A stretch of DNA of 64,000 bases from Camelus dromedarius (taxonomy: Eukaryota), in assembly GCF_036321535.1 (NCBI RefSeq), contig NC_087437.1, positions 97,094,001 to 97,158,000 of the forward strand, in the 5' to 3' direction. How positions within the stretch are numbered: position 1 is the stretch's first letter; every line of letters begins with the position of its first letter. A model generated the notes under the pieces. That model searched no databases. It had not been told where the DNA came from and worked only from the letters and a program-made list of their open reading frames with translations. Both the position numbers and the translations under genes were made by a program. Positions 1 through 12,452 of this stretch are shown piece by piece.

Positions 1-644
1 GTTAACTCATATACACAAATAATCATGATTAGTTTCAATGACGAAGAGAGTGCTATGGGACACAGAGAGCAGTCACTTCTGATTTGTGGAATTAGTTAAG
101 ACTCCCTGAAGAAGAAAGCATTTAAAACTAGGCCGAGGAGGCTGGCTGGGTAATAATAAGAGGATAAGCTTTTAAAGGGCATTTTGTTTGTGAAGAGAGC
201 AAGAATATCTCCATGTGGTGGATTTTTACAAAAATGTCCAGGAATTAAGTAATCAAATAATTTTTAAAGCACTTACTTAGCTACTTGTACTGAAGTATAG
301 AAAGTTAAAAAAAAAGACTCATAAAAAATATATATAATGAGTTCCTGCAGAAGATTAAAAAATAAATTAATTAATGAGGGAAGTAGCAAGATGATAAAGC
401 AATTTTAAAGAATAAAATAGTCTGCTTAAAATCAAGTCAGTGGGAAAAAACATCTCAGGGATAATGTTGCAAAATTAGATACAAAATTGGTTAACATTAT
501 ACAGGGCAATAAATATGTAACATTTGAGGTTATCTTTTCCAGTGGCCAGAAATCATGCTTTACTTATCAATCTTCTAAAATGTAATATCTAACTTTACAG
601 TCTGGTTTTAATCAATAGTAAATGAAACAACGTTACAATTCCCT

Positions 645-1403
645 GTACATTGGTGAAACCACTATGGAAAACAGCATGGAGGTTCCTTAAAAAATGAAAA
701 ATAGAGTTGGCATATGATCCAGCAACCCCAATCCTGGGCATATATCTGGAGAAAACCCTAATTCAAAAGGATACATACCCCGTAATGTTCATAGTACTAT
801 TTGCAATAGCCAGGACATGAAAGCAACATAAATGTCCATCAATACATGAATGGATAAAGAAGTGGGGCGTGTGTGTGTGTATGTTTGTGTGTGTGCGCGC
901 GTATATTTGTGTGTGTGTGCGCGTGTATGTTATGGAATATTACTCAGCCATAAAAAAGAATAAAGTAATGCTATGTGCTGCAACATGGATGGACCTATAG
1001 ATGATCATACTGAGTGAAGTGTCAGAGAAAGACAAATACCATATGATATCACTTACATATGGAATTTAAAATATGATACAAATCAACTTATTTACAAAAC
1101 AGAAACAGACTGACAGACTTAGAAAACAAACTTATGGTTACCAAAGGGGAAAGGGGGTCTGGAAGGGATAAATTTGGAGTTTGGAATTAGCAGATACAAA
1201 CTATCAAATAAAATAGATAAACAACAAGGTCTTACTGTGTAGCACAGGGAACTATATTTAATATCTTTTAATAAACCACAATGGAAAAGAATATGAAAAA
1301 GTATATATATATATATATATATTCATATATATATATATGAATCACCTTGCTGTACACCAGAAACTAATACAACATTGTAAATCAACTCTACTTCAATTAA
1401 AAA
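645..1403 (+). mobile_element. 5'-truncated L1 3' end (end of ORF2 plus 3' UTR), cetartiodactyl/camelid type
   Basis: Typical L1 motifs: CCACTATGGAAAACAGCATGGAGG, GAATATTACTCAGCCATAAAAAAGAA, ACAAAACAGAAACAGAC, GCTGTACACCAGAAACTAATACAACATTGTAAATCAACT, ending in a short A-tail. Flanked by an imperfect TSD, GTTACAATTCCCT (632-644) / GTTACAATTTCCT (1409-1421). Confidence 0.93.
868..930. repeat. Compound (TG)n/(CG)n microsatellite inside the L1
   Basis: Alternating purine-pyrimidine tract with two related units (GTATGTTTGTGTGTGTGCGCGC / GTATATTTGTGTGTGTGTGCGCG). Confidence 0.9.
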
Positions 1404-1494
1404 CAGAAGTTACAATTTCCTAGGACTCCAGGTGACTCTTAGGTGGAGTGTTTGATAATTCTCTGGTAGAATTTCAAAAGGGCACTTCTAGATA

Positions 1495-1678
1495 ACTTTT
1501 ACATTGATTTGTCAACACAACCCAGTGAAATAGCTATTATCATACCCAGTTTGTAGAGGAAACTGAGTTTTAGAAATATTAGTCAAATTACCCAAATTAC
1601 ATAGCTGATACGGGGCAAAAAATTAGATCTTAATCCAGATTTGTTTGATTTCAAAGTCGTAGCCTTTGAACTATACAG
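1495..1678 (-). mobile_element. MIR SINE
   Basis: Reverse-strand MIR core: TATTATCATACCCAGTTTGTAGAGGAAACTGAG...ATTACCCAAATTACATAGCTG...TGATTTCAAAGTC. Confidence 0.75.
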
Positions 1679-2033
1679 TAAGAACAAACTTATTCTGTCC
1701 CAGGCAATATCTAAGTTCTAAACTAATTAAATTAATTCAATACTTCAACAAAACAGACAACCCTGCACCCCCAAACAAAAATAAAAACATGAATTTGGTG
1801 GATTCTTACTGCACAAATGAAGAAAGTGGTCCAAAGGAGCAGGAGGAAGAAGGGAGGGTGGGCAGCAGTGCTGAAAGACCTGGGACTCAGACTTCTAAGA
1901 CTGCATAGTGTTGTTCAAGGAATAACAGACTCCACTGTGTCCTGAGGGTAGGACAGACAACACTGTGGAATCAGGTGGTGTGGAGCAAGAGGCTGCTCAC
2001 AATCTCCCCTGAAGGAGCTGGAATTTGCTTTCT

Positions 2034-2200
2034 GCAGTTCTTAACCATTTTTAGATCATATATTAATCTGTGACTAAGGACGTTATGGCAGTCTTTCTCC
2101 TGAAATGTGCCTATCTGTACTTATGCACAAAACTGCAATCCCCTTTAGAAGTTTATTCACTTTTTGAAGACACTAAGCATTCACTTCTGCATGAGGATAC
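2034..2200 (+). mobile_element. hAT-Charlie DNA transposon remnant (Charlie4z-like)
   Basis: GTTCTTAACCATTTTTAGATCAT...TATGGCAGTCTTTCTCCTGAAATGTGC...CACAAAACTGCAAT follows the Charlie4z layout as I recall it; highly diverged. Confidence 0.4.
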
Positions 2201-2450
2201 CTAGAGGTAGGTGGGGAGGACTCCTGCAAATTTTTAAGACAGCAGATCAATCTCTCCGGATAGTATTTGAGCATATTGTTTAAGTAAATGGGATTTTAAC
2301 CAAAATGTGGAGGATAGAAAATAATGCATTGTGTACCTTCCTCCAGTTAACAATAGGACCAAACCCTTAATTCACACTAATCCAACTCCAGCCTTGTGAT
2401 TTCATAAAAAATCCACCTTTTACCAGGAAGGAGTAAAGAGATATGAACAT

Positions 2451-2682
2451 GATACAGTTATTAAAGGCACAGACTCGAAGCCAGATGCTCTGGTTTAATT
2501 ATTAGCTTCCCTAATTTCTAGTTGTGAGGTCTTCAAACTTCTGTATGTTTCAATATCTTTATCTGTAAAATAAGGGTAACGATAGTACTTACCTGTTACG
2601 AGGTTTCGATATGTTTGTATTTGTATTTATTAAAGTGTTTAAAGTGTTGGCATATAATAAGTACTGTGTAAGCATTTGCTAA
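2451..2682 (+). mobile_element. MIR SINE
   Basis: TTAAAGGCACAGACTCGAAGCCAGA...TTTATCTGTAAAATAAGGGTAACGATAGTACTTACCT...GGCATATAATAAGTACT. Confidence 0.75.
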
Positions 2683-4844
2683 ATAAGGAAGTGGGCATGC
2701 ACCCCAAATTCTTCCTTTTTCTTTTGCCTGAATATACAGAAAACATATCTATCAAAAAACCAGAGTCTGAAATACTATTTCTTAAGGTCTATGACAGTTC
2801 TATGACTCTAGTTTGGAGGCTATGACTCCATCTTTCAGTTTTTAAAATTCTTTAGAATGTATAAATGACACTCACTGATGGTTTGAAAAACACCAGCCTT
2901 CTGAACTCTGGAAAAAAAAAAAAAGAATTTTTTTCTATTTCCAAAATGGAGATGTAAGTTATAAATTACTTTTTCTCTCTACAGGTTAATATAATTTCAC
3001 TTAAAGTTTCCTGGTACTTCCTGACTAATTAATTATGTAATGTTAAATATGGGTTCATTAGAGAAATGTGTAACTAATGTATATTCTTAACTGCTAAGCT
3101 TTATCTTATTGTACTTTGTCTTTTGAATTATTGAATTAATGAACTACCATTATCTTAATTGGGGCTTTACACTTTGATGATTTGATCTCATGGATTTACC
3201 ATTTTGTTTCTCAGTGTCTTGGTATAAAAATCTCCAAGTCCCATAGATAGTCTTGGTATTTTATTAAAAAGGTATGACTTTTCATATTTTAGTAATTATT
3301 ATTAAATCACAATCAGGAAAACATTTTATTTTAAGTAAGGGACAATCTGAAATTTACACATTTCCCCAATAATAGGAAACCTTTGTCTCACTATATAAAT
3401 TCTGATAAGGAAAATTTTGTCTTATAACATCTAACTTGACCAAGAGCATACAAGTTTGCTTTTGAGAATATTTTCTTTTGTGAATTTAATGCTGTGTTAG
3501 TATTTCTGAGTTTCTTTTACATAATCCTGGATAATACTTAACATTTATTTAACTCACTTAGAAGTTGTGAGCCTTCAAACATTTTAAAGATGAAAAGAAC
3601 TTACATAATTTTACATCATTTATGCAAACATGACACACTGCTCACCTTCTGGAGTTATAAAGCACATAATATTTTAAGCCTCCTTTAATTTACACTATGT
3701 AAACTTCAGGATGTTTCTTATTACATTCTTTATGATGCATTTTTGTTATACATGAATTGACTAAGAAAATAAGATATTTACAGATAAAGCAGGGACATAG
3801 TAAAACTTTGAAATGTATCCATATATTCTACTATAAAACAATTTTTATTATTTGAGGAACAGTGCTTAATAACTAGTTAGATAACTTTAAACAGGTACAG
3901 AGGGAAATTCACCTTCTTGACTGAAGATAACTATTCTTTCTCAGATTATAAACAGATCTTCAGCAAGTTGTATGTTATCTAAACCAGATTACCTTCCTTA
4001 ATAAATTTCAATGAACATGTTGATGTTTGAACAGTAGAGGGAGCTCTAAAAAAGCTTAGTAAAGAGGAAAGTTGAGGTGAAAAGCTGTAGTTAATACAAG
4101 ATTCTAAGTAAAAATTATTAAAAATGCTTGAGTCATAAGTCAACAAATCAATTTCACTTTAAAAATCATGTGCTTTTTAAAATACTTTAGATGATTAATG
4201 TTTTCCTCATTTTTAGTATCTTTAATCATTGTTTTATTTTAAAGGGCTTTAGATATACAAAAATTATTTGTGTGTACACCCCATTAAGTTTATGTATAAG
4301 TTTACTTAAACATATCTAGACTAGGTTCTTTTATATGACTTCCCCTCTCCACTTTATGCATGCTACAGTTGCATTAACAGTTTGTGAAAACTGATACTAT
4401 TAAGAACATAATTGTTCTAAAGTTGGGCTCCCTGACCCTGTGCAAATAGAACTGGAATAAACTGGAATAAAAGGCTCTATAAAAGGCCAGAGCTACCTAA
4501 TGGCTGAAGCTAGTTGATAACTGGTTGATATTCACTGAGTATTTATTGGACTCTTAATGCTGTTCTGGGTCCCTCATAAATATAAAAGGAACACAACCAA
4601 GTGGAAGTACTCTCAGCAGCATGCGGTAGCTCTAGTGGCAGATGCAAAGAATTTAGGACAGAACTTGGTTCTCGAGGGGGTCTCCACTTCTGAGATGGAT
4701 AACTCATTCAGATGTAATGACTCATACATCTCAGACTTAATTTGAGGATTACATGATATAATGAAGGTAAATTTCCTTCAACTATTATTGAATCATAAGT
4801 ATTTAGTAAATAACCCTCTTTTCCTTGCATATATTTCAGAGCTG

Positions 4845-5140
4845 GTAAATGTACACAATCCATTATTCATATTTCCAAAATCCAAAATCTCTGAAAACTG
4901 GTATTATTTTCCATATAATTTGCTTTGTGGCAAAACCTAGCCTGACCCAGGCTAACTCAGTAACACGTGTGACCTCAACTGAAAGAAGTTACATACAGTC
5001 ATTATATTTGATACTTTACGAACATCCATCATTTTACTGAACATCATGTTTGATTACTGGATGCTCATCTAGAACACCATGCAGGTGTTGTATCACGTCT
5101 AGTATCTGCATCCCATTATAGTTCTGGACTCTGGAAATTT
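4845..5140 (+). mobile_element. MER46C-like TcMar-Tigger DNA transposon
   Basis: AAATCCAAAATCTCTGAAAACTG...GGCAAAACCTAGCCTGACC...GTTTGATTACTGGATGCT...GGAAATTTCTGAA. Interrupted at its right end by an MLT1 LTR. Confidence 0.6.
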
Positions 5141-5505
5141 CTGAATGTATGTGTTCCCCTCAAATTCATTAGCTGAGATTCTACCCCACCATGTGATGAT
5201 AGTGGAAGGTAGAGACTTTGGGAGGTAATTAGGATTAGATAATGTCCTGAGGGTGGAACTTTTTTGAATGGGATTAATGCCTTTATAAGAGTCAGGAGAG
5301 AGTTTACTTTCCCTCTTAGCTTCCTGCCATGTAAATATACACTGAGGAATTACCAGTCTGCCACTAAGAAGAGGGTCCTCACCTGAACTCGATCATCCTG
5401 CACCCTGGTGTCAAACTTCGAGCTGCCAGAATAGTGAGAAAAATATTTTGTTGTTTATAAGCAACCCAGGCTATGTACTTTGTTATCACAGCCTGAACTA
5501 AGACA
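5141..5505 (+). mobile_element. MaLR solo LTR (MLT1A/MLT1A0-like)
   Basis: CTGAATGTATGTGTTCCCCTCAAATTCAT...CTTTGGGAGGTAATTAGG...GAATGGGATTAATGCCTTTATAAGAG...TGTTGTTTATAAGC...GCCTGAACTAAGACA. Confidence 0.88.
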
Positions 5506-5969
5506 CAGGCCATCACACATGTAGGGATTTATGTCTACATCAAGCCACTTAATAACTGACATCTAAATTATCTAAACATTCAAACAGCATTACGTGCAAC
5601 CACTGAGTTCTTGTTAGCCATAAAGACTACTTCTTCACGAGATGATGACAACCTACTTAGTTGCAAACTTCTCCCATTTTCTGGCATGTATTTACAGCTC
5701 TTAGTTGAACACAGAATGCTAGGGGTCCACGTAGCATGATACACTATACAATCTGTTAGATAACAGGCGACACATCAAAGACAAAATCCTTCAGAAAAAT
5801 TTTAAAGAGAGGGCTGACGATGAAATGATTTATATCTCATACATTTCAAAAAATGATCCTGCTTCTGCACTGATCATTTAATAGGTGGAATGACAGAACT
5901 ACTACCAGAATTTCTCCCAAAGAAATATAAACACTGTATTTAAGAACAGCAATGTGGACTGTTTTCTAT

Positions 5970-6036
5970 AAGAAATAAAAACATAAGAAAATTGGAAGAA
6001 ATAAAAACATAAGAAAATTGGAAAAAATAAAAACAC
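5970..6036. repeat. 26-bp tandem duplication (two perfect copies plus a partial third)
   Basis: AAGAAATAAAAACATAAGAAAATTGG at 5970-5995 and 5996-6021, followed by AAAAAATAAAAACAC. Confidence 0.92.
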
Positions 6037-8111
6037 AAATATCAATGAAAGTGACTAGTTTAGATTTTAGGAAAAAAAAAAATTCTAGCAGTTTAGCATT
6101 GTGGAGGTAATCCTCTTGGCCGAATATCTTTAAAAATAGATGTATGTCAATAGTTTTTCATGCAGTATTAACACAATCTAGTAGTATGTACACAGAAGTT
6201 GGTCTGTAAGAGACCCTTCCCTCCCAGAAGTTTTCAGTGTCAGCCATAAATACAATCCTGAATACACAATTTCAATTGCTATGTAAAGAAAAAAAAATCT
6301 TTAGATACTTTCATAGTGGTAACTGAGATATGAAACCAAGATATATATATCTCCAAAATAAGATAAGTGTAGGACTGGCCAAATATGAGATAGCATGAAG
6401 AGAATGGCCTATTAAAGGAAACTGATGAATATGAGTTCAAAAACCCCAGACACAGAATAGTATGCTCATAAGTAAACCAACATGCTGAATAAATATTTTC
6501 TCCTAAAAGCACAATCATGCAATTTTCAGGCTATATGAAAATTGCAGTTATTTCCAAGGTTACAGCTCCTTTTCTTCTTTTTTTAATACAGACTCTTTTT
6601 CTCTTTTCTTTGTCTTAAGTTCTTCTTTCCCCACTGTGGGGCTTGTTTATTCGCTGGTCACAGCTTTATTTTGGTTTTTCCCTGCTGTGTTGGTGTTAAA
6701 ACAAATTAGTTTAATATGTTTCCCTAAAGGTAGCTGATTGAGATTTTTTCCTTTCCTATAGTAAAGATATAAATGGTTTACTAAATTTATTTTAAGGCAG
6801 CTGAGTTTTAGTGTCTCCATGACTTACTTCCTGCTGAGGATTCTCAGTGTGTGCTGGGAAATATTTTGAAAGATGCTTGAAGAGTTGGGCTGTTGTTTTC
6901 TCTGATCATCAGACTGAGGTCCTACAGAGATTTCTTCCTTTCTTTTTTTTTTTTTTTTCTATTTTCCTTTTCTTTTCTCTCTCCCTCTCCCCTCTTCATT
7001 CTCCCTTCCTTTCTTCCCTCTATGACAGTGATGTCTGGAATGACTTTAGGATGCCTTTGTAAACATTAACGACTAGAAGAACATGTTACGAGTAAAACCA
7101 CTTGCGTTAGCCTTTCCCTGTCTTCCTGCATTTCTTTTATAATAGAATTACCCTCAGTAAAAAGCATGTGAATTTTTCTTTAACTGATCCACATTCTTTG
7201 GTGAATTTCTACTCCTGATTAGGCTGACTTGGGAGTTTCTCAAGATGAAGTGTTTTGAGCAATAGAAAAACAGGCAGCAGAGACTGCAGGCACTATTCCA
7301 GGCCTGGGGAGCAAGAGGCCTGAGGAGTTTCCTGGCCCAGGCAGCGGGTACTTGGAACTGAGTGACGTACGAGAAGGGACCTGAACTGAACTTCATGCTG
7401 CTTCTCGGCCTGTGCTCTCATGACAGCCCAAGTGATTCTAATTTTAGAAGCCCCTTGTTTATTACACATCTGTGTTGGGCAAAAATAATCAGCACTCCCT
7501 GCACATTTGATTAGAGATATTCCTGAGCAAACTGTAGCTTTTCAGACCCTTTTGCTTCCTTCCTTGGGAAAGCCCCTTAATATCCAACCCTCTACTGTCT
7601 GCTAGTCTCACGTTCTCTCGGGCTGGCCATAATGCAGAATCCATATTTACAGGACAAGGTGCAGGCCGTAGGGCCCCTTATACAAGCAATTTACTGACAT
7701 TTCTGTATTTCAGTGGAAACTTGGTAGACAAAGGAATCTACATCATCTTGAGAAGAAACTTTGACTTCTCCCTAAGTGTGTGCTCACAGTGACGGAGAAC
7801 CCAGTGATCAGTGTAGAAGGCTATCAAAACTTCTCACTCAGTTGGTAATAGCAGAGGATCGGGTGACAGATATACACCAATAGTGATATGTCTGCTATGG
7901 AAACTGAGGTAGACATTCACTTTTCTGGGTGATATGAGATTAGAGTTAACTCTCCTAACCATTGTATTTGACTACAAACTTGGTGAGACCATAGTGGGTA
8001 CCTACATATGAGTCACTGCTATGCAGTCAAATAAAAGACATCTCTCATTGTTTATTTACCTGAAAAAAGCAACAACAAAAATAACAATTTCCTTTCTTCA
8101 TTATGATCAAG

Positions 8112-8202
8112 TGTTATGAACTGAATGCTTGCATCCCCCACCCAAAATTCATATGTTGAGATCCTAACCCCCAATGTAATGGTATTAGAGGGTGAAACAT
8201 TT
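8112..8202 (+). mobile_element. MLT1 LTR 5' fragment
   Basis: TGTTATGAACTGAATGCTTGCATCCCCCACCCAAAATTCATATGTTGAGATCCTAACCCCCAATGTAATGGTATTAGAGGGTG, then an abrupt end. Confidence 0.8.
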
Positions 8203-8745
8203 TAACTTCCAATACATGGAAATTTTTAGTGCAAATCCACCAGTTTTATCTTGTTTGTAAATTCTAGAAGGGGGAGAAATAGGAAAGTTATGTGTTCTAA
8301 TTACAGTGCAGATAAATAGATAGATACCTTTATTAAACTCAATGTCACAAAACTGGAGTCAGACTTTTAGAGGTACCGTCTATGCTGTGGATAAAGGTTT
8401 ATGAGGATTTTCAGGATTCTATGGCTATTATATAGCAATGAAGACATATCTTATTTTTGAGTTGGTATGAAATATTTTTGTACATCAACACACTATTTCC
8501 ATTGAGATTAAGTTATGACCCTACAAAGATGGAAAATAAAAACTTATTTCATAAATATAGCAAATTATATATATGAGAAATCAATGTGAAATTTTTCTCT
8601 GCATCACTCTCACAGAGCTTAAGGCACTGAAATCTCACTGGAGCAAAGAGGATAAGTAAGTGGCAGTGCAGCGTGGAGCCACCTTTACCCATCTGGGTAT
8701 TTCCAAGTCCATTTTGGCTTCAGATGGCTGATGTTTACAAGCAAC

Positions 8746-8887
8746 GGGTCACTAAGTGTCTCAGTTTCTCTGGGATGGTCATTATTTACCCTGTGGTCTT
8801 GACCTAATTTTTAGCAGCCCCTCTTCCCTTTCATTCTCAACGCCCCCCCCACCCCGATTCAGACAATAAAGTATATGATCATCCTAT
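8746..8887 (-). mobile_element. MER94-like hAT-Blackjack DNA transposon (MITE-sized)
   Basis: Reverse complement reads TAGGATGATCATATACTTTATTGTCTGAATCGGG...TTGAGAATGAAAGGG...CCATCCCAGAGAAACTGAGACAC...TGACCC, matching the MER94 layout with decayed TIRs. Confidence 0.6.
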
Positions 8888-11249
8888 ATACATGACCCAT
8901 TTTACTATGTAAACATAAAAGAAGTTGAAGGCAAACATTAATTCTCTGCGTAAAGGACAAATTACCACACTGCCAATATTGCATTATTTGAAAATAATAT
9001 GTAAAAAAAGATCTATTAAGTAGATAACTTTGTGTTGTGACGATAGAGAGGTTATCAATTTTCTGTATTTTTCACTGTTCTGTAATTTATTGTTGATTTA
9101 GCCTACTTAGGCTCATAGTAAAAATGACAACTCTTGCTAGAAAAATGTGAACTATGGAACCTAAATCTGGTACGTTCCCACCTCTGTGTGCTTGGGGGAT
9201 GAGTTAATAGCTCCAGGCCAGAAAGGTTCCATTTTGGCGCTCTCAAAAAGGTCAAGGCATCACAGAGCCTGAAAAGATTAACATGCATTCAAAACCTGAG
9301 CCATTAACTTCTTGCTCTCTAAAGTGACTGACATGTGGGCCACATAAATACGATTTGAATAAAAATGTGAGGGCAAAATTCTTTTGATAGACCTGTGATT
9401 GTCTTCCTTGTTAGAATTATTCCATGTCACTGTAGGGTCATTACAGGCTAAGAGAGGGGTATGAATTACTTCCATCAAATATGCATAAATGGGGCCCAAC
9501 TGTCCATGGCAAACAAGATATTCCTCATTTATTAGTAAATATGATTTTTCTCCAGTACAAAGCATTTAAGATATTTTACAAATATAAAATAAAAACAGAA
9601 ATGTTCTGTGTTAAAAATGTGAGAATTTGGAAATATAAGGATAACATAATTTTCAGATAATAGCATACTTTTGGATCATATTTACATTTTTAAAACTTTT
9701 AAAAATAGGTAAAATAGTAAAAAACTGCTTTTTTACAATCTGGATTTTAAAATCTCTATGTATGTTGTTACTGAGGTATACTTAAGTTTAAAAACCACTA
9801 CTTAAGAGACAGTAATTAATAGTGCAGACAGTGAGCATTTACTTTTCTATTATGATAACATATATTATGCCATGTGGGAAAAATTGAGAATATTGTCTCT
9901 TAGGGATACACTGGCTGAGTTCAAAAGTTTAAGTTGATCTACAGTCAACATAGGAGCCTAGGGTAATTGATGCCAGGCACATCACAAACGTTTTACACCA
10001 GCAACGTACAATAAACAATTGACAACTAAGAAGCAAGTAATAAAGATACCGGGAAATCATTAGTTTGAATTCCCAGATCAAAACTAGCCCAGCAGTAATA
10101 TAACTTAGCATTCAACAAGCTTTTTTTCAGTAATGGACAAGAATAATAATAATTTTAAAAAGCCCATCTTGGTCCTTATGGAAACACTGAGAGAAGCATT
10201 TTAAATGTTCTGAACAAGCAGCAAACAGATGTTCTGAGTTACTTAGCATGGAAAAGGTGTGGCAGGTCAGCGCTCTCACAATGATCACAGCTACTGCCTC
10301 CGTAAAATCCACTAAAGTATTCAGCAGCACTGGTCATCAAAATTAGTGAGGAAAATCCCACTCATAAAAGAAGTGATGGGCCGAGTGTCCAATGACAGGG
10401 CTTAAATTCTGTTTTCTAAGAGAGAAATAAGACAGTTTATTAAATGACTAACTAATGGTGTCTTCTCCAAAATTTCCAAAGTATTCAGCACAGCTTAGTA
10501 AAAGATCCTTTAGACAGAGGAAGGTAGGCAAACTTCTAGAGATCCTGTAAAGTTCTTCCTGCTCTGTGCCTCATAGTCATCTACCCAAGAAACCACTGAT
10601 TCAAGTCTGAATGGAAAAGTAGAATAGTTGAGGGGAGGGAAGAACAAAGAAAGAGAAAATAGAAGTGAACGCTGCTCACGGTGCTAATCAAGTCCTCCAT
10701 TAATAACATGCAGTCATCAGATTGAAGATTTTTGTTGAAATATGTTTCATCACACAGATAGGATACACGTAGAAATAGATGACATTTTAGTCAAAAATCT
10801 TATTCTTAGTAAAAAGAATAAATGAACATGTGACAAGCGTCACTGCAGGTATGATACACTGGACAGTCAGGATAGTGGGAACTATAGTCCACAGGACAGG
10901 AGAAATTTGCTTAATTAAATTGAGGATGGTGACTTTTATTCTCCAATTGTTGTTCTGTTAGTATAGAATAAGACCAGCTGAATGGAAAGGGGCAGCTGAG
11001 ACTAAAAAAAGATCTGACCAGAGAGATAGTCCGCACTGTGCTGATCTCCAGAACAGACACAATGAGGAAAATGCAAAAGATATATATATTAAAAAACAAA
11101 ACAAAACAAAACAAAATGGAAAAAAAAAGAAAAACTGTGCGCCTTATAAGATACATCAGCAGGAAATTTGAAAGACAGAGTAATCCTAAAACATTTATGA
11201 CTACCATCAGGGAGTGCATTCATTCATTCTAGTCATAATATCAATGGCT

Positions 11250-11465
11250 ATCAATTATTGAGTATCTGCTACAAGCCTGGAAGTTACAGAAAGTATTTTA
11301 GGCCTATTATTTTCAATTTTACTAAGAATAATCCTATGCTGAAGATGGAATTGTGCTCATTTTGCAGATGGAGAAAGTAAGCTTTAGAGAAGTCAAATAA
11401 CTCATCCAAGCAAAAGCCAAAAACATGGTGAATCTAGGATTGAAAATGTGGTCTGTCTGCCTCCA
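11250..11465 (-). mobile_element. MIR SINE
   Basis: TTATTGAGTATCTGCTAC...CTCATTTTGCAGATGGAGAAAGTAAGCTTTAGAGAAGTCAAATAACTCATCCAAG...GGTCTGTCTGCCTCCA. Confidence 0.75.
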
Positions 11466-12452
11466 CTATGATATGACCTGTCAGCCTTTGTTCTGTGACT
11501 AGATGCTCCAGACAGTCAGTTAGACTCTGGGCTTAGAGGATAAATAAGGCATGTCATTACATCTCAAAAGACTTGCACTCTCATAGATTTAAAGACAATC
11601 ACAAATGTTGCCAGCTCACTGAGCTAGATGAGAGGAAGATGCCAGCAGAACTCTAAGGAAAGTTTCCCAAAAGGGATGAATGTGTGTTGCCCTAAGCCGT
11701 GGAGAAGGTCTGGCAAAGTGGAGGGATGTGAGAGCTGAGAGATGAAGGTCCTCAGGTGAATGAGCAGCAGAGAGGTAAGATAACAAGGTTTTGTAGGATG
11801 GGGTGTAAGAACATTTGCCCTATTTGGGTAAGAGTGGAATGCATCTAAGGGTAATAAAAATACGAGTTAAAGTATAGGCAGAATATTTTGAAAGTAAATC
11901 ACATTCTTGCTAATTTTCTGAATGCTTGTCTTAGCCACATCAGAATATTTTTATCCTCTGAGCTGAAGTGTGTCCCATGTCTACTACTTGGCACATACAT
12001 ACATGCTCCCTTGTGCTAATTTTACATGCCTTTTGACTCCAACTAATCTAATTTTTTAATATTCCTAGTTTTGCATATAATAGGTGCTTAACAGTGACTC
12101 ATTTATGGCTGTGAGAAAAAAAGCAGCAGCATTTTCAGTTCAGGTTGATCCTATTAAGGCACACAGGAACGATGTTTGTTTAATGTTTGTTTATATGTGA
12201 TATTTCCTAAAAATTATAAGCTTGAGGTCATAACAGTTTAAAGGAAAATATTATCTGTATTGTTAATGTTTTCTATTTCTATGTTTCTAATGGCAAGCAA
12301 AAGGTTTGATTGCTTTCTCCCTTTATCTTCTCTTCAGCCCCCATGGATTGAAATAATTTACTTTAGGATTGAACCCACTTATTTGTATTATTGAGGTATA
12401 TGTTCTCCACACTGTCCCTCCACCAGATTTTCATCTAGACATGTCATGGATG

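Noticed and set aside
8053..8090. Minus-strand TTTTTTCAG|GTAAAT recursive-like site (also CTCAG|GTAAGT at about 42170-42180)
   Set aside because: The first has a weaker donor and the second a weak pyrimidine tract. Such motifs are expected by chance at this window size.
12338..12395. + strand exon after a strong pyrimidine tract
   Set aside because: The donor (GAG|GTATAT) is weak and the AT-rich body has no coding signal; probably a pseudo-exon.
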